Assembly (NCBI GenBank): GCA_028534125.1
Contig: CM052816.1
Coordinates: forward strand, 11,658,001-11,722,000
Source: Lama glama
Lineage: Eukaryota
Direction: 5' to 3'
Length of the DNA stretch: 64,000 bases
Shown piece after piece: positions 62,570 to 64,000 of the stretch (positions are counted from its first letter, which is position 1; each line of letters opens with the position of its first letter). The position numbers and the translations under genes were made by a program. Under the pieces are notes generated by a model that was given only the letters and a program-made list of their open reading frames with translations, did no database searches and was not told where the DNA came from.

Positions 62570-62745
62570 GTGCCGTGGAGGAAATACCACGCAAAGGTTC
62601 TGTTTTAGTTTTTCTTTCAGTTCAGCAGCCAACTGTGCCCTTGGGTAACTCCCTCCCTGTCTTTAGGCCTAATTTTCCGCCTCTGTAAGTGGGAGAGTGG
62701 GGTGAGTATGGGCTGAGTGATTTCTGTGATGCCTTCTGGTTCAAA
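62570..62745 (+). mobile_element. MIR fragment
   Basis: aactgtgcccttgggtaactcc...taggcctaattttccgcctctgtaag. Confidence 0.6.
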
Positions 62746-63859
62746 CTGGCATCGGACTCTCTTAATTTTGAGATCCAGATTGACTTGAGACAGAAGACAA
62801 TTTACTGAATGAAAACAGCAGGGTTTATTTCCATTTTCATTGGTGTTTTGCAGGGTATGTAAAATAATAAAGCTCCTCTCTGGAGGCTGTGCCTGGGAAT
62901 GTAACGTGGTCTGGCTTAGTCATGTGTGGACTCAGTGGAACTAAGGTGGGATGCCCCAGCCTAGGGAAAAATGAGTGTGCTGTTCTTGGTCAAGATCTCA
63001 ACCTTAGCCTTAGCTATTTGGGGGAGGGAAGTTTACACCTATTTACATTCAGGGGCTCCTCCTTGTAAATTATGAGCCAAAATACCATACAGAAGTGATG
63101 GCACCAAAAGGCAAAACTACACGAATTATGCACCATACTTTATTCCTAGCTTGGAGGATGAGCATCTTTTAGTTTCTACCTAATGAACATTTGTGGTCAT
63201 ACAATTTCAATCATCCTTCAGCTCATCAAGGGTCTTCTGTCTTCAAGAACATCTTAGGGGAAAAAAGTGAATCAATCCTATTTTTCATGTTTCCCAAATG
63301 AGTGGTTCCACGTCATGGAAATGAGGTCGGAATGGTAAACAGACAGCTGTTCTGTGTTTCTCCTTCCAGGGAGATGAAGGTCAAGAACACCTTCCTCTTG
63401 CTTAACAGATCCCTCCCAAATGGGTTGTAAACAAGAGTGCAGTGCAGCCCCAGCTGCATCGGAAAAGAAAAGAGGCATTTGGAGCAGCCTTTAGAGGTGT
63501 TGAACATAGAGATCTTTGATTCTGTTTTCTCATCTCTTTGCGGTGTCTTTCTCTCACGACATGAAGCCATTGATTGAAGGAAGTTAGAATAACTTTTGAC
63601 ATAGCTAACCAAAATAGATAGCAAAGGGACTGGTTGCTAAGCACAGCTCTGCTGGGTTTCCTGGCTGACAGCCTGTGTTAGCATGCAGGGCTTTGCAGAG
63701 GCGAACACTTACTTGTTGGCGCCTGGTTGTTTGAAGCTGTTTATTGCCTCTTGGGTAATAGTGAGTCAGCAGCACCAGTGATATTAAGAAAGAATTACTG
63801 AAATTATGAGCCTCCCTAATCGGATATAAGCTTCTTGAGGGTATGACTGGTTCAAACAT

Positions 63860-63990
63860 ATACTCAACAAACATTTTTGAGCACCTACTATGTTCTGGGT
63901 GTGTGGTGGGTAATAATGAAGCCACAGTTCCTGTTGTCATGGTGACTTAAGCTTAGAGACAGAGAGAAAGGAAAAAAAAGGGCAAGAGAG
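63860..63990 (-). mobile_element. L2 3' end
   Basis: actcaacaaacatttttgagcacctactatgttctggg...acagttcctgttgtcatgg. Confidence 0.75.
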
Positions 63991-64000
63991 AGACAAGTAT

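Noticed and set aside
1..64000. Window-wide abundance of TGA(G/C)TCA sites
   Set aside because: Many sit in repeats and TG/CA dinucleotides are over-represented in mammals; enrichment cannot be claimed without a background model.
1..64000. CRISPR arrays, operons or another novel multi-gene system
   Set aside because: This is mammalian repeat-rich non-coding DNA; I saw no repeat-spacer array and no intact gene cluster.

Overview
This is a mammalian non-coding window, most likely from a camelid: it carries three Vic-1-type tRNA-Ala-derived SINEs, and I saw no ruminant Bov-A/BovB, Alu or PRE1 SINEs. I found no host protein-coding exon that I can support. The only ORFs with recognisable protein similarity are decayed LINE-1 ORF1/ORF2 fragments. 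Much of the window is interspersed repeat: ancient L2, MIR, MaLR/ERVL LTRs, hAT-Charlie elements and L1M, plus younger cetartiodactyl/camelid L1 and SINE insertions, many with readable target-site duplications (TSDs). There is a 500-N assembly gap at 23178-23677. The long L1s are mostly on the minus strand, which suggests, by inference only, an intron of a large + strand gene. I see no new multi-gene biological system. The most interesting signals are traces of L1 machinery: a U6 snRNA retrocopy with A-tail and TSD (62207), a probable L1 3' transduction (41305-42199), a microhomology-bounded inverted template switch inside an L1 (6259), an L1 lacking about 2 kb of ORF2 (21620), and a probable 5'-inverted L1 (35591). 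There are also recent tandem duplications and several candidate enhancer motif clusters. Repeat subfamily names come from my recall of consensus sequences, not from a search, and boundaries without TSDs are approximate.
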